Of a stretch of DNA of 64,000 nucleotides, positions 38,241 to 49,332 are shown in pieces; position 1 is the stretch's first letter, and each line of letters starts with the position of its first letter. The stretch is from an uncultured Alphaproteobacteria bacterium (GTDB lineage: Bacteria > Pseudomonadota > Alphaproteobacteria > Methylaequorales > Methylaequoraceae). The stretch covers positions 64,504 through 128,503 of the forward strand of contig CACHGK010000001.1 of NCBI GenBank assembly GCA_902579395.1. The letters run 5' to 3'. Under the pieces are notes generated by a model. It worked only from the letters and a program-made list of their open reading frames with translations. It was not told where the DNA came from and did not search any database. Position numbers and translations under genes: made by a program.

Positions 38241-39335
38241 TTTTTTACTTTCTCTATCGCTAACCAAAATTTCTAAGATCTTTTTTTTTAATGCATCTAC
38301 ACCCTTACTATTCTTCGCTGAAATCATTATTGACTTATGATTAAGCAAATTATGAAAATTAGACTTATTTTCTACAAGATCAATTTTATTTATTACTTCA
38401 ACTATTCTTTTATCATCTTTTTCTATCCCAATTTCTGAAAGAATTTTTTGAACCTCTGTTTTATGGATTAAATACTGCGAATCTGAAATATCTCTTACGT
38501 GAAGAATAAGATCTGAGTTGATAATTTCATCTAAAGTTGATTTAAATGCGTCAATTAAAGTTGTTGGTAAATCTCTTATAAATCCAACTGTATCAATAAA
38601 AATAAAATTAGAACCATTTAAATAACCATTTCTAATAGTTGAGTCTAATGATGCAAATAACATATCTTTAGATAATACTGACGATTTTGTGATAAGATTA
38701 AATAAGGTCGATTTACCAGAATTTGTATATCCAACAAGCGATATTACAGGTATTTTATTTTTTATTCTTCTATATCTCTGAATATCCCGTATTTTATTAA
38801 TTTTTAAAATTTTTTTCTTTAAACGATTAATTCTTTCAGTGAGTTGTCTTTTATCCGATTCAATTTGTTTTTCACCAGGACCACCCATAAAACCAGCACC
38901 ACCTCTTTGCCTTTCTAAATGCGTCCAAGACCTAACAAGTCTGCTTTTTTGAAATCTTAGGCTTGCAAGTAAAACGCTTAACTTCCCCTCATTCGATTTT
39001 GCTCTAGAACCAAAAATTTCGAGGATAAGACCAGTTCTATCTATAATTTTGCAGTTTATAGATTTTTCAAGATTTCTTTGTTGAATGGGTGAAAGGTTTG
39101 TATTGATGAAAATTAAATTAACACTTAATTCAGTAGCTTTGATTTTTATTAATTCAACGTAACCTGAGTTTAAATATGTTTTTGAATTAATTTTATCAAG
39201 ACCAACAGTATCTGAAAAAATACAATTTAAGTTAATAGCCCTCGCAAGGCTGACTGCCTCATTAAGCAAAAGAAGCTTATCATATTTTGTTTTTTTCAGA
39301 TATGGATGAATAACAAATGTATTAGTATTTTCCAT
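38220..39335 (-). CDS. hflX: ribosome-associated GTPase HflX
   Basis: 371 aa with an HflX N-domain (RTGLILEIFGSRA, GGPGEKQIESDKR) and G-domain motifs GYTNSGKST, DTVGF and NKID. Confidence 0.9.
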   Translation of the reverse strand: MENTNTFVIHPYLKKTKYDKLLLLNEAVSLARAINLNCIFSDTVGLDKINSKTYLNSGYVELIKIKATELSVNLIFINTNLSPIQQRNLEKSINCKIIDRTGLILEIFGSRAKSNEGKLSVLLASLRFQKSRLVRSWTHLERQRGGAGFMGGPGEKQIESDKRQLTERINRLKKKILKINKIRDIQRYRRIKNKIPVISLVGYTNSGKSTLFNLITKSSVLSKDMLFASLDSTIRNGYLNGSNFIFIDTVGFIRDLPTTLIDAFKSTLDEIINSDLILHVRDISDSQYLIHKTEVQKILSEIGIEKDDKRIVEVINKIDLVENKSNFHNLLNHKSIMISAKNSKGVDALKKKILEILVSDRESKKLSQQPY

Positions 39336-40182
39336 TAATTTGACTATTTATAAAATCGTTGTATTCAGACATTAATTTTCTTGTTATTAAACCTGGCTTA
39401 CCATTATTGATTTTATTCTTTTGAATTTTTACAACTGGAAGAATTCTTACGGTAGTACTGGTCAAAAATGCTTCTTTGCACGTATCAATATCACAAGCTG
39501 TAAAAGCTTTTTCTCTAATTTTAAGATCTAGTCTTTTCGCAACTTCTATCACTGAATCTCTTGTTACTCCGCCAAGAATAAAGTTATTAGCTGGATGTGT
39601 TTGGATTTCATTTTTTTTATTAATAATAAAAGCATTTGATGTTGATCCTTCAGTAATATAATTATTTCTGATCTGCCAAGATTCATAATAACCATTTTCC
39701 GAGGCATTCTGTTTTTCAAGAACATTTGGCAATAGAGAAATAGATTTTATATCGCACCTACTCCATCTTTTATCACTAGTTAAATTTACTTTTACTCCAT
39801 CTATAATATGCTTATCATCAATTTTTGTATTAAAGGTAAAGATTACTATATTTGGAGAAGTAATTTTAGGAAAAAGATGATTCCTTGAGGCACTACCTCT
39901 GGTGATTTGAAGATATAAAAAACCATGATTTAATTTATTCAATTTGATTAATTTATTAAGAATTAATTTTAGTGTCTTAGTATTTTTAAATGGATAGTGT
40001 ATTTTTAATTCTTTAAGCGATAAATTTAACCTATTAATATGTTTTTGAAAGTTAATAACTTTTGTATTTGAAAAAGACATAACCTCGTAAACACCATCAG
40101 AAAAATTAAACCCACGATCTTGTATTGAAATCCTAGCATCAAATTTCGTTTGATAAGAGCCATTAAGATAACAAATAGACAT
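39322..40182 (-). CDS. dat: class IV aminotransferase (D-amino-acid / branched-chain type)
   Basis: 286 aa with ISIQDRGFNFSDGVYEVM and EGSTSNAFII motifs. It occupies the position between trkA and hflX, as in other alphaproteobacteria. Confidence 0.75.
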   Translation of the reverse strand: MSICYLNGSYQTKFDARISIQDRGFNFSDGVYEVMSFSNTKVINFQKHINRLNLSLKELKIHYPFKNTKTLKLILNKLIKLNKLNHGFLYLQITRGSASRNHLFPKITSPNIVIFTFNTKIDDKHIIDGVKVNLTSDKRWSRCDIKSISLLPNVLEKQNASENGYYESWQIRNNYITEGSTSNAFIINKKNEIQTHPANNFILGGVTRDSVIEVAKRLDLKIREKAFTACDIDTCKEAFLTSTTVRILPVVKIQKNKINNGKPGLITRKLMSEYNDFINSQINGKY

Positions 40183-41564
40183 TAAAAAAACTCAATATTT
40201 ACTTCAGAATATTTTTCTATTTCCTTAATAGATGAAGGTTCAGAAAAAATAATTAATTTATCTTTGACAAAAATTGTAGTATTCTCATCTGGAAAAATAA
40301 CTTCGTCTCCTCTAACTATACCCCCAATTACCACTCCCTCAGGCATATCAAGATCAGATATTTTTTTGTCAGCAAATTTTGTTGTAGGTAATATCTCAAT
40401 TTCCATAATTTCTCCCCTATCATTACCAAAATCGTGAATCTCTTTAACTTTTCCTCTTCTAACATATTGCAGAATAGCTGAGGTTGTAATATTCCCGGGA
40501 TTTATCAAAACATCCAAATCAAGTTTTTTAGATAAATTTCTGTAATTGTTATTATTTACTATTGCCATTGTTCTTTTACAACCAAGATCTTTAGCTAATA
40601 ATGAAGAAAAAATATTCACCTCATCATCATTTGTCACAGTTATAATCACTTCTGCAGTAGATGCGCCTGCTTCTTTTAGCAAATTTGCATCTATTGCATC
40701 TCCATATAAAATTGTTGTTTGTTTGGAAATTAAAGAAGAAATTCCCTTTGTTCTTTCTAAATCATTATCTATTATTTTACAATTTATATCAGGATAATCT
40801 TTTTCTAAGATTTTGAGTATATTTAAGCCAATATTTCCTGCTCCAACAATAATTAATTTTCTATTTTCTTGAGATTTAATACCAAAAACCCTTAATGCTC
40901 TGAGAATATCCTTATTTCTAATACATATATAAATATCATCTCCAGGATACAATTCAACTTTACCTGATGGAATTAATATTTGATTTTTTCTAAAAATGGA
41001 TAAAATTTTTACATCTAGACCAGAAAATATTCCAGGTAGCATCCTTAGTGGTGTATTTATAATTGGACAATCGTCATGAATTGATATTCCAACAATCCTA
41101 GCTTTTTTATTTCCAAGATAAAATGAGTCAAATGCGCCAGGTGTGTTCAACTTTCTAATAATATCTTTTGCAACTTCAAGTTCAGGTGAAATAACTGCGT
41201 CAACATCAATTTTTCCAGCAGAAAAAAGTTTGTTAGAATAATTTGCTTTTAAGTACTGAGGTTCTTTTATTCGAGCAACTTTTAGAGGTATCTTAAACAA
41301 GTGATTTGCCATTTCACATGATATTATATTTAATTCATCGCTATCAGTTACAGCGATTATCATGTCAGCCTCATCAGCTCCTGCTTTTTCAAGAATTTCT
41401 GGATGGGATGTTTTCCCACAAACGCTTTTCAAATCAAGGCTTTTATTTAATGATCTTAACAATGTTTCAGATTCATCAATTATAGTTACATCATTATCTT
41501 CATAGACCAACTGCTTAGCAATGTTTGAACCTATTTCTCCAGCTCCACAAACAATTATTTTCAT
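40182..41564 (-). CDS. trkA: Trk potassium uptake system NAD-binding protein
   Basis: 460 aa with two tandem RCK N/C units and Rossmann motifs (IIVCGAGEIGSNIA and IIVGAGNIGLNIL). Confidence 0.9.
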   Translation of the reverse strand: MKIIVCGAGEIGSNIAKQLVYEDNDVTIIDESETLLRSLNKSLDLKSVCGKTSHPEILEKAGADEADMIIAVTDSDELNIISCEMANHLFKIPLKVARIKEPQYLKANYSNKLFSAGKIDVDAVISPELEVAKDIIRKLNTPGAFDSFYLGNKKARIVGISIHDDCPIINTPLRMLPGIFSGLDVKILSIFRKNQILIPSGKVELYPGDDIYICIRNKDILRALRVFGIKSQENRKLIIVGAGNIGLNILKILEKDYPDINCKIIDNDLERTKGISSLISKQTTILYGDAIDANLLKEAGASTAEVIITVTNDDEVNIFSSLLAKDLGCKRTMAIVNNNNYRNLSKKLDLDVLINPGNITTSAILQYVRRGKVKEIHDFGNDRGEIMEIEILPTTKFADKKISDLDMPEGVVIGGIVRGDEVIFPDENTTIFVKDKLIIFSEPSSIKEIEKYSEVNIEFF

Positions 41565-42929
41565 TTATATCTCCGTGTTGATTTTTAAAAGCTTTAATTT
41601 TCTGTACAAAGCTGTTCTTTCCATTCCAATTTCTTGAGACATTTTAGCTACGTTATACTTAAATTTTTCCAAATTATAAATCAAATAATTTTTTTCAAAA
41701 CCTTCTCTAGCATCCTTAATTTTTAAGTTCATTGAATCATTTAAGAATGTACTATCAAAATCTGAGAGATTTTTGTTTAGTTCTAATAAGTCATTTTTTG
41801 AAATTTTTTCTACATCCTTGTCATTCAGCATAAAAATTATCCATTCCACAAATTTTTTAAGTTGTGAAATATTTTTAATACAATCAAGGTTTTTTAAATA
41901 TAATAAAGCATCTGAGGAAAAACTTTTATTTTTAAGACTTTTTTCGACAATTACTTGTGAAGAAAATATTGAAATTAATTCATCAAGATCCTCTTTTCTT
42001 TTCTCTAAATTAGGAACCTCAATTACATTAAGATTTAACTTTTTAAATAAATCCTCTCTTAAAATTTTTTTTAATTTAAATTTTTGATGACAAGATGCAA
42101 TTACTCTTAAATTAAGTGTTTTAGAGTTTAATGCTCCAATTCTATAAAATTTTTTCTCTTCCAAAATTCTTAAAATCTTTCCTTGCAATTTATTAGACAT
42201 TAAATTGATATTTTTAAAATAAATTGTCCCATTATTTATTTCTTCAAAAACGCCTAAAATCTCAATTACTTGGTTTTCTTCATATCCAAAAAGATCTTTT
42301 TCAAGCTTTTCTTGATCAAGTTTACAATCTATAAACTTAAAGTTCTTATTCGATCTGTGTGAAAGAGCGTGAATTTTTGAAGCAATGAATTCTTTTCCAC
42401 TGCCATCACTGCCTAACAATAAAATATTAGAATCTGTTTTACTTATTTGGTTGATTTGTTTTTCTAGAATTTTTGCTGATTTAGAAAAAGTAACTAATTT
42501 TGATTCAGAATCTTTTCTGACAAAATCTTGGATTTTTTTTTTTAAAATTAGATTTTCTAATGCTTTTTTAATTTTAAAAATAAGCAAATCACTATCAAAT
42601 GGTTTTTCAATAAAATCATAAGCACCTTTTTTTATCGAATTAACTGCCGTTTCAATATTTCCATGACCACTTATCATTATCACGGGTATATTTTGATCAA
42701 TTTCCAGAAATTTTTCTAACGCTTGAAAACCATCGAATTTGGAATTATTTAACCAAATATCAAGTAAAATTATGGAAAACTTTTTTTTCTTAAAAAGTTC
42801 CAATCCTTTTTCTGAAGATGTTGTATATTCGCATGAATAGCCTATATCCCTCAAAAGACCAGATAGTTGTTCGCAAATATCTGGTTCATCATCTACTATC
42901 AAAATTTTACTTTCTTTGCCAATCATCAC
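41565..42929 (-). CDS. ntrX: two-component response regulator NtrX (receiver + AAA+ + HTH, no GAFTGA)
   Basis: 454 aa with a receiver domain (ILIVDDEPDI ... LLDIWL). The AAA+ domain has the Walker A motif GSDGSGKE but lacks a GAFTGA loop. A C-terminal Fis-type HTH is present. It is adjacent to ntrY. Confidence 0.8.
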   Translation of the reverse strand: MMIGKESKILIVDDEPDICEQLSGLLRDIGYSCEYTTSSEKGLELFKKKKFSIILLDIWLNNSKFDGFQALEKFLEIDQNIPVIMISGHGNIETAVNSIKKGAYDFIEKPFDSDLLIFKIKKALENLILKKKIQDFVRKDSESKLVTFSKSAKILEKQINQISKTDSNILLLGSDGSGKEFIASKIHALSHRSNKNFKFIDCKLDQEKLEKDLFGYEENQVIEILGVFEEINNGTIYFKNINLMSNKLQGKILRILEEKKFYRIGALNSKTLNLRVIASCHQKFKLKKILREDLFKKLNLNVIEVPNLEKRKEDLDELISIFSSQVIVEKSLKNKSFSSDALLYLKNLDCIKNISQLKKFVEWIIFMLNDKDVEKISKNDLLELNKNLSDFDSTFLNDSMNLKIKDAREGFEKNYLIYNLEKFKYNVAKMSQEIGMERTALYRKLKLLKINTEI

Positions 42930-42941
42930 AAATAAAGTCTA

Positions 42942-45065
42942 TCACTTTCTAAACAATTTGATTTGAACACATGCACCTCTAAATTTAATACTGTCCAAGA
43001 GATTAATATCTCCATTATGATCTTCAATAATTTTTTTACATATAGCAAGGCCTAATCCAGTTCCATTTGGTTTATTCGTGATGTAAGGCTCAAAAAGTTT
43101 ATCTCTATTTTCAGGAAAACCATCACCATTATCTTCTATATTAATTGAAACATACTTGCCATCTTTAAATATTTTTATGGATATAATTTTATTTTTTTTT
43201 GAAGAGGATTCGAAAGAATTTTTAAGCACATTAAGAAAAACTCTACCTAACTGATTACTATCACAATTTATACTTACATCCTTCAACTCATTCTTATATA
43301 TAATTTTAATTTTTTCATCAAGCATTTTAATTGTACTAATCTGAGTTTCGATTATAGGTTGAAGCTTTACAATTCTAAATTCACTTTCAGGCATTCTTGC
43401 AAAGTTTGAAAATTCTGTGACTAGTTTTTGAATATTATTAACCTGTCTTTTTATAGTATTCGTACAATTAATAAAAATATTTTTATTCTCCGTGTTTTTT
43501 GAGAAAGAATTTTCGAGTCTTTGTGCTGATAACTTTATTGGAGTAAGTGGATTTTTTATTTCATGTGCCATATACCTTGCAACACTTGCCCATGCAGCAT
43601 TTTTTTGGGCTGATACTAATTCTGATACGTCATCAACACTTATTACAAAACCCTTAAGTATTCTTTTTTCAATAATTTCAGAGATCTTTATATTTAAAAA
43701 TTTTAATTTATTTGTAGCAGAATATTTTATTTGCAATTCATTAGTTTTTATTTTTTTTTCTTTATATTTTTTTAAAATATTACTTAGTATAGAATTATCT
43801 TTTAATAATCCTTTTGAAATTTTATTCTCAAAAATCTCCTGTGAATTTTTGTTATATAAAAGAACTTTATTATTCAAATCCACGTAAATAATTCCTGTAT
43901 TTATATTGTTGATAATCTTTTCAGTGAATTTTCTTCTTAGATTAATAATTTCTTTTGCTTTTAATAATTTATTTCTTTGATCATTGAGTATATCCAGCAT
44001 TTTATTTAATACATTTGATAAAATATTAAACTCAGTATTACTGGAAAAGACTCTAATCCGAGTTGAGAAGTCATCTTTTATTATTTTCTCAGAATCAAAA
44101 ATAATTTGCATTATTGGCTCAATGATTCTATTTGAGAATCTCAACCCAAACCACACAGCGAGAAGTATCATTAAAAAATTTATAGCTATAAAAAGCTGGT
44201 TAAATTGAAATTGAAAATCGTCTAATTTTTTAGTCAAATTTAAATATTCATTGGCAGCTATATCAACAGTTTCAACTCTACTCAAAACATTAGGATCTAC
44301 GTCTTTCCCAATAAAGAGATACGTTGATATTGCTCTTTGAATTTTCATCAATGCCCTTACCTTTGTTTTTTCATTATTTGGAAAAACTGCAACATCCCCA
44401 TCATCTGCAATCAAAAAAGACCACAGTGGAGGAGCTGTTTCAGTTTCAATTAAAAAACTCCCTACTTTTGCCAATAATTGTCCAGAACTTTCAAATATTA
44501 TAGCTTCATCAAGATCTTTAACTTCAACGAAATATCTTAAAAATTCTGTCAACCTATCTTTATCAGTAAAAAAAACAATCTTTTCATTATTTATTTCACT
44601 TCTGATAAACAAAATATCATTTTGTATATTCTTAATATGTTCGTTAAAGTATGATTCTGATATATTTTTTGAACCACTTATTACTTGCTTAATTTTATCA
44701 TTCAACCAAATTTTAATTCCTTGATCAAAAAAGATTAGCGAGAAGACTGTTATTAATGTTGAGGGAATTAATGTAATGAAAAGAAATAATAGTGTGAATT
44801 GAATTTTAAACTTTGATTTAAACCTTTCCTTGATAAAATTTTCTTTAATTTTTCTAAATGAAATAATAATTAGTATTATTATTAAAAGAAAATTAACTGA
44901 GATTAATTTAGATACGTTTTCAACCTCCTCTAAATTCGATAAGTTTCCAGATAGAGTAAGAAATATTAATAAACTAAGAATAAATGATAATAAAAAAACT
45001 CCTAAAAAAAAAATATTAATCGTATCTTTTTTATCAATAATGTCCGATAATTTAGATGACATCAT
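42942..45065 (-). CDS. ntrY: sensor histidine kinase NtrY
   Basis: 707 aa with N-terminal TM helices, HAMP and PAS regions, the H-box MAHEIKNPLTPI and ATPase motifs (DNGDGF, GTGLGLAICKKI). Confidence 0.8.
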   Translation of the reverse strand: MMSSKLSDIIDKKDTINIFFLGVFLLSFILSLLIFLTLSGNLSNLEEVENVSKLISVNFLLIIILIIISFRKIKENFIKERFKSKFKIQFTLLFLFITLIPSTLITVFSLIFFDQGIKIWLNDKIKQVISGSKNISESYFNEHIKNIQNDILFIRSEINNEKIVFFTDKDRLTEFLRYFVEVKDLDEAIIFESSGQLLAKVGSFLIETETAPPLWSFLIADDGDVAVFPNNEKTKVRALMKIQRAISTYLFIGKDVDPNVLSRVETVDIAANEYLNLTKKLDDFQFQFNQLFIAINFLMILLAVWFGLRFSNRIIEPIMQIIFDSEKIIKDDFSTRIRVFSSNTEFNILSNVLNKMLDILNDQRNKLLKAKEIINLRRKFTEKIINNINTGIIYVDLNNKVLLYNKNSQEIFENKISKGLLKDNSILSNILKKYKEKKIKTNELQIKYSATNKLKFLNIKISEIIEKRILKGFVISVDDVSELVSAQKNAAWASVARYMAHEIKNPLTPIKLSAQRLENSFSKNTENKNIFINCTNTIKRQVNNIQKLVTEFSNFARMPESEFRIVKLQPIIETQISTIKMLDEKIKIIYKNELKDVSINCDSNQLGRVFLNVLKNSFESSSKKNKIISIKIFKDGKYVSINIEDNGDGFPENRDKLFEPYITNKPNGTGLGLAICKKIIEDHNGDINLLDSIKFRGACVQIKLFRK

Positions 45066-46528
45066 TTTTTTCCATACTTAGAGGGAATATCTAATTTCTT
45101 TATTTTGGCTCTTAAAGTATTTCTGTTTATACCTAATACTTTTGAAGTTTTTATCTGATTCCCTTTACAAAAATCAAGTGTTTTTAGTATTAATGGTCTT
45201 TCAAATTCATCCATAAATTTTTCATATAAATCAATTGCCTCGCTGTCATTATCTAGTGATTTAAAAAATTTATTTAGAAAACTATCAAGATAATTACGTA
45301 AATTTTCCTTTTCGGATTTATTATTTAGATCATTATTTTTAATTTCATTCTGAAAAATATCAGGATCAATAAAATCCTCAATTAAAATTGAAGTTATAGT
45401 ATTTTCAGAAGTTAAAACAGAAATTCTTTTCAATAGATTTTCTAATTCTCTTACATTACCTGGCCATGAATATTGTTTCATGAAATTAATTGCTGAACTA
45501 TCAAATTGTTTTTTTCCCTCAGAATAAATATTTAAATAATGCCTGGCCAAAGATATTATATCGTTTTCTCTTTCTCTTAATGGAGGTAAAACTATATTTA
45601 TAACATTTAACCTATAAAATAAATCCTCTCTAAATTTTCCGTTTTCGATTGAATTTTTTAAATTTTTATTAGTCGCTGAAATTATTCTCACATCTGTTTT
45701 TATGAGTTCTCTTCCTCCTACTCTTGTAAATTCTCCAAACTGCAGGACTCTTAGTAGTCTAGATTGAACTTCATAAGGCATATCACCAATTTCATCCATA
45801 AAAAGTGTTCCACCAGAAGCCTTTTCAAAAAAACCCTGGGTCCTTTTTTCAGCTCCTGTAAATGCACCTTTCTCATAACCAAACAACTCACTTTCTATCA
45901 AGTTCTCTGGTAAAGATGCCATATTTATAACCGTAAAAGGGAATTGTGATCTATCACTAAAATTATGAATTGTTTTAGCAACCAATTCTTTTCCTGTCCC
46001 AGATTCACCATTTATTAGTACAGAAAAATTTGTTTTTGTAATCTTAGCTATATTCCTGTAGACAACTTGCATTGATGAAGAGGTCCCTATCATTGGTAAA
46101 TTTTCATCGATTTTAATCTGTTGATGAGTATTCATTTTTTTTTTCAAGGATCTATCGACGGTAATTACTAAATCGTTGAGATCTAAGGGTTTAGGTATAT
46201 ATTCAAAAACATCCAATTGATCAGCTTTAATAGCAGTCAATATATTATTCTGTGCGCTAATAATAATAAATTCTAAGTGATTAAATTTATTTTTAAGTTT
46301 TTTAACTAACTCTAAACCATCACCATCAGGTAACATTACATCACAAATAACAAGATCAAAATGTTCCTTATCCAACAAAACCCATCCTTCAGAAATTGTA
46401 GATGAGGTTTTAATTAAAATTTTTGAAGTACTTAAAGCTTTTACCATTACAGATTTTAAAGAATGATCATCATCAATTATAAGGATTTTTTTTTGCATAT
46501 TAAAATTAAAACGGTAGTTGGATTTCAA
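45062..46528 (-). CDS. ntrC: sigma54-dependent response regulator NtrC
   Basis: 488 aa with a receiver domain, the Walker A motif [11 protein letters not shown], the intact GAFTGA loop (YEKGAFTGA), GNVRELEN and a C-terminal HTH. Confidence 0.9.
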   Translation of the reverse strand: MKSNYRFNFNMQKKILIIDDDHSLKSVMVKALSTSKILIKTSSTISEGWVLLDKEHFDLVICDVMLPDGDGLELVKKLKNKFNHLEFIIISAQNNILTAIKADQLDVFEYIPKPLDLNDLVITVDRSLKKKMNTHQQIKIDENLPMIGTSSSMQVVYRNIAKITKTNFSVLINGESGTGKELVAKTIHNFSDRSQFPFTVINMASLPENLIESELFGYEKGAFTGAEKRTQGFFEKASGGTLFMDEIGDMPYEVQSRLLRVLQFGEFTRVGGRELIKTDVRIISATNKNLKNSIENGKFREDLFYRLNVINIVLPPLRERENDIISLARHYLNIYSEGKKQFDSSAINFMKQYSWPGNVRELENLLKRISVLTSENTITSILIEDFIDPDIFQNEIKNNDLNNKSEKENLRNYLDSFLNKFFKSLDNDSEAIDLYEKFMDEFERPLILKTLDFCKGNQIKTSKVLGINRNTLRAKIKKLDIPSKYGKK

Positions 46529-47558
46529 CAGAAGTTAACCCATTAATAGATTGTATATCAATGGAACCATCATGATCATCAATTATTTTTTTAACAAGAA
46601 ATAAACCAATCCCAGATCCTCTTTGTTTTGTTGAAAAGAAAGGTAAAAATACCTTTTTTAAAATTTCCTTAGAAATTCCCTTGCCATTGTCAGAAAAAGT
46701 AATACTGATTGAATTTTTTTTTATACTGTCCTTCAAATTTGGAATTTTAATACTCTCACCTGCAATAAATCTTGTTCTGATTCGAAGAAATGAATTTTCA
46801 TTAAAATTAGAAGACTCATAAGAATTTATTAATAGGTTGTCAAAAGCTTGCATTATTAAATCTCTATTTATTCTAATCGTTGGTAGAGATGGATCAAACT
46901 CTTCTAATATTTTTATATCATTAGGCATCTGTTTGATTTTGAATAGGCATAACCTTATTAGTTCATGAATATTTTCTGCATTCTTTTTTTGAAGTTGATT
47001 AGAATCTGTTTTGGTAAAATTTGAAAATAATCTATTAATTCTTAAAGCTTCTGATTTAATTATTTCTAAAAGTTCAGAATCAACATTTAAGTATCTTTTT
47101 TTTATCAAATCAGATGCGAGCTTGATTGATGATAAAGGATTGTTAATTTCATGCGATATTATTGAAAACATCTCATTAAAAAAATCTAAATTTTCGCTAA
47201 GAAATATGTTTTCTTTATTTTCAATTTTACTAAAAATCATAACGAATTCATCTTCAATCTCTTCAGAAACAATGCATTTAATTTCATAAAATGAGCTATC
47301 AACTTTAATTTTATCTTTAATAACAAAATTTTCATTTCTATTATTTGCTTCTTTAATATTGGATAATATCATAAATTCTTTTTTAAATAACTCATCTAGT
47401 AACTTTCCTGAAAGATAATCATTGCTTTTTTTAAATAAATTCTGGAATTCAGTATTACAAAGTTTAATTACATATTTTTTCTTATCCACAATAATTGTGG
47501 GATCTGGATAAAGATCAAAAATAGTTTTAAAAAAAACTAGGGGGTTTTTATTTAACAT
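46506..47558 (-). CDS. ntrB: nitrogen regulation sensor histidine kinase NtrB
   Basis: 350 aa with a PAS-like N-terminus, the H-box SHEINNPLSSI and ATP-binding motifs (DNGKGI, GSGIGLFLVKKI). It lies directly upstream of ntrC. Confidence 0.8.
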   Translation of the reverse strand: MLNKNPLVFFKTIFDLYPDPTIIVDKKKYVIKLCNTEFQNLFKKSNDYLSGKLLDELFKKEFMILSNIKEANNRNENFVIKDKIKVDSSFYEIKCIVSEEIEDEFVMIFSKIENKENIFLSENLDFFNEMFSIISHEINNPLSSIKLASDLIKKRYLNVDSELLEIIKSEALRINRLFSNFTKTDSNQLQKKNAENIHELIRLCLFKIKQMPNDIKILEEFDPSLPTIRINRDLIMQAFDNLLINSYESSNFNENSFLRIRTRFIAGESIKIPNLKDSIKKNSISITFSDNGKGISKEILKKVFLPFFSTKQRGSGIGLFLVKKIIDDHDGSIDIQSINGLTSVEIQLPF

Positions 47559-48502
47559 TAAAAAAAGTCATTTATAAGTCTCTTCAATTTAGTTTTATCT
47601 AAACATTTATTTATTTTAAAACGAAATTCATTAGAATTATCAAGACTCCTTGAGTACCAACCAAGATGTTTTCTAAATGTTTTTATTCCTATTTCTTGAC
47701 CGTAATGCTCAATATTTAATTCAAAGTGATTCAGAATAATATCCTTTTTCTCTTTTAAATCTATCTTAAACTGATTCTCTTTATTATTTTTAATCTCCTG
47801 AAAAATCCATGGTCTACCGTAGGAACCTCTTCCTATCATAACACCGTCAGCATTTGATTCTTTTAATGCCTCTTTTACATCCCTTATCGAATTTATATCC
47901 CCATTAACAAGAACAGGGATTTGAACACTGTTTTTTACTTTTTCAACGAATTTCCAGTCTGACTTTCCCTTAAACATTTGACATCTTGTTCGACCATGTA
48001 TGGTAATCATTTTTATACCGTTATCCTCAGCTATTTTAGCAATAATTGGAGCATTTAATGAATTATCATCCCAACCTTTTCTTGTTTTAAGAGTAACAGG
48101 GATTTTTACAGAAGATGTCACAGATTTAAGAATATTCGATGCCAGCAACTCATCTCTCATTAAAGCAGATCCAGCATATCCATTAACTACTTTTTTTACA
48201 GGACAGCCCATATTAATATCAATTAAATCAGCTCCATTTTCTTCACAAATCTTTGCAGCTTCTCCCATTATTTCAGGATCGCAACCTGCAATCTGAACTG
48301 CTGACAAAAAATTGTCAGTTCTCTTTATCATTTTCATTGTTTTTTTATTCTGTTCTAATAATGCTCTACTCGCAATCATTTCAGAAAAAACTAAACCAGG
48401 TTTGAATGATTTTACTATTTCTCTATATGGATAATCAGATATACCTGACATAGGAGCCAATAAATAATTACTTTCTAATTTAAGATTTCCAATTTTTAAC
48501 AT
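47558..48502 (-). CDS. dusB: tRNA-dihydrouridine synthase B
   Basis: 314 aa with LAPMSGISDYPYR, DINMGCPVKKV and TIHGRTR motifs. It occupies the conserved position upstream of ntrBC. Confidence 0.9.
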   Translation of the reverse strand: MLKIGNLKLESNYLLAPMSGISDYPYREIVKSFKPGLVFSEMIASRALLEQNKKTMKMIKRTDNFLSAVQIAGCDPEIMGEAAKICEENGADLIDINMGCPVKKVVNGYAGSALMRDELLASNILKSVTSSVKIPVTLKTRKGWDDNSLNAPIIAKIAEDNGIKMITIHGRTRCQMFKGKSDWKFVEKVKNSVQIPVLVNGDINSIRDVKEALKESNADGVMIGRGSYGRPWIFQEIKNNKENQFKIDLKEKKDIILNHFELNIEHYGQEIGIKTFRKHLGWYSRSLDNSNEFRFKINKCLDKTKLKRLINDFF

Positions 48503-49308
48503 TATCCTAGTAACTTAATTCCAAAATATGAGAAACTTATAAATATATAAGACAGCAAAATCATTTTAAAAACCATTTGACCAGATAATCCTATCACTCT
48601 TCTAACGGTAATAATTAGAATAGTAATAAAAAGTGTAAATAGACTTAAGATTACCTTTTCGTTAAAAAAATAAATTAATTTTTCTCCAGTTTCAATAAAA
48701 TAATTAAGTCCTGATAGAAGAGAAATTGTCAAAAAAACTATTGTTAAATATAAGAATCTTACAGCAAGAAGTTCACTTTCGTAAATTGAAGGTAGAGAAT
48801 CATTAATAATTCTGTTAAATCTCATTTTTTTAATGTATCTATCCTGAATAAAAGTACAAAAAGAAGTTGCCAAACTAATTGTGATTAGAGAATAAGCTAG
48901 GAGTGATGTAATTATATGTAATATTAAATATGTATTATCAAATAATTCAAACACATCATTATCATTGATCGACGATATTCCTACGAAGAATCTAAAAATA
49001 AATAAAATTAAAAAGAAAGGAATAAAAATAATTCTAAGCCTGATAAATTGATAAGAAATAAAAGATAAAAATAAAAAAGTAAAAAAAGTAATCAATGTTA
49101 ATAGTGATATCACTAACGTAAGTGTATTGGATATGTGATTTAGCACATAAACATAATGAACAAAACCAATTACAAATAAAAAAAATAAATTAAATAAATA
49201 AACCAACCTATGAATATCTATGGTAGTTTGAATGCGAGTAAAACAGAGTAAAGAATAAAGTAGGAAACCTAAAAAAGAAATTATTTCTATAGATATATAT
49301 AAGTTCAT
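48502..49308 (-). CDS. cytochrome c assembly-family membrane protein (YpjD/CcsA-like)
   Basis: 268-aa protein with about 8 TM helices. The central conserved His-containing helix (LILHIITSLLAYSL) and overall layout resemble the YpjD/CcsA family. The assignment is tentative. Confidence 0.45.
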   Translation of the reverse strand: MNLYISIEIISFLGFLLYSLLCFTRIQTTIDIHRLVYLFNLFFLFVIGFVHYVYVLNHISNTLTLVISLLTLITFFTFLFLSFISYQFIRLRIIFIPFFLILFIFRFFVGISSINDNDVFELFDNTYLILHIITSLLAYSLITISLATSFCTFIQDRYIKKMRFNRIINDSLPSIYESELLAVRFLYLTIVFLTISLLSGLNYFIETGEKLIYFFNEKVILSLFTLFITILIITVRRVIGLSGQMVFKMILLSYIFISFSYFGIKLLG

Positions 49309-49332
49309 GTAATATCTATACTACAATTTTTT

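Noticed and set aside
43492-44208. Plus-strand ORFs of 131 and 74 aa opposite ntrY.
   Set aside because: They are shadow ORFs created by the Lys/Asn/Ile-rich codons of ntrY (AAA/AAT read as TTT/ATT on the other strand). They have no motifs.
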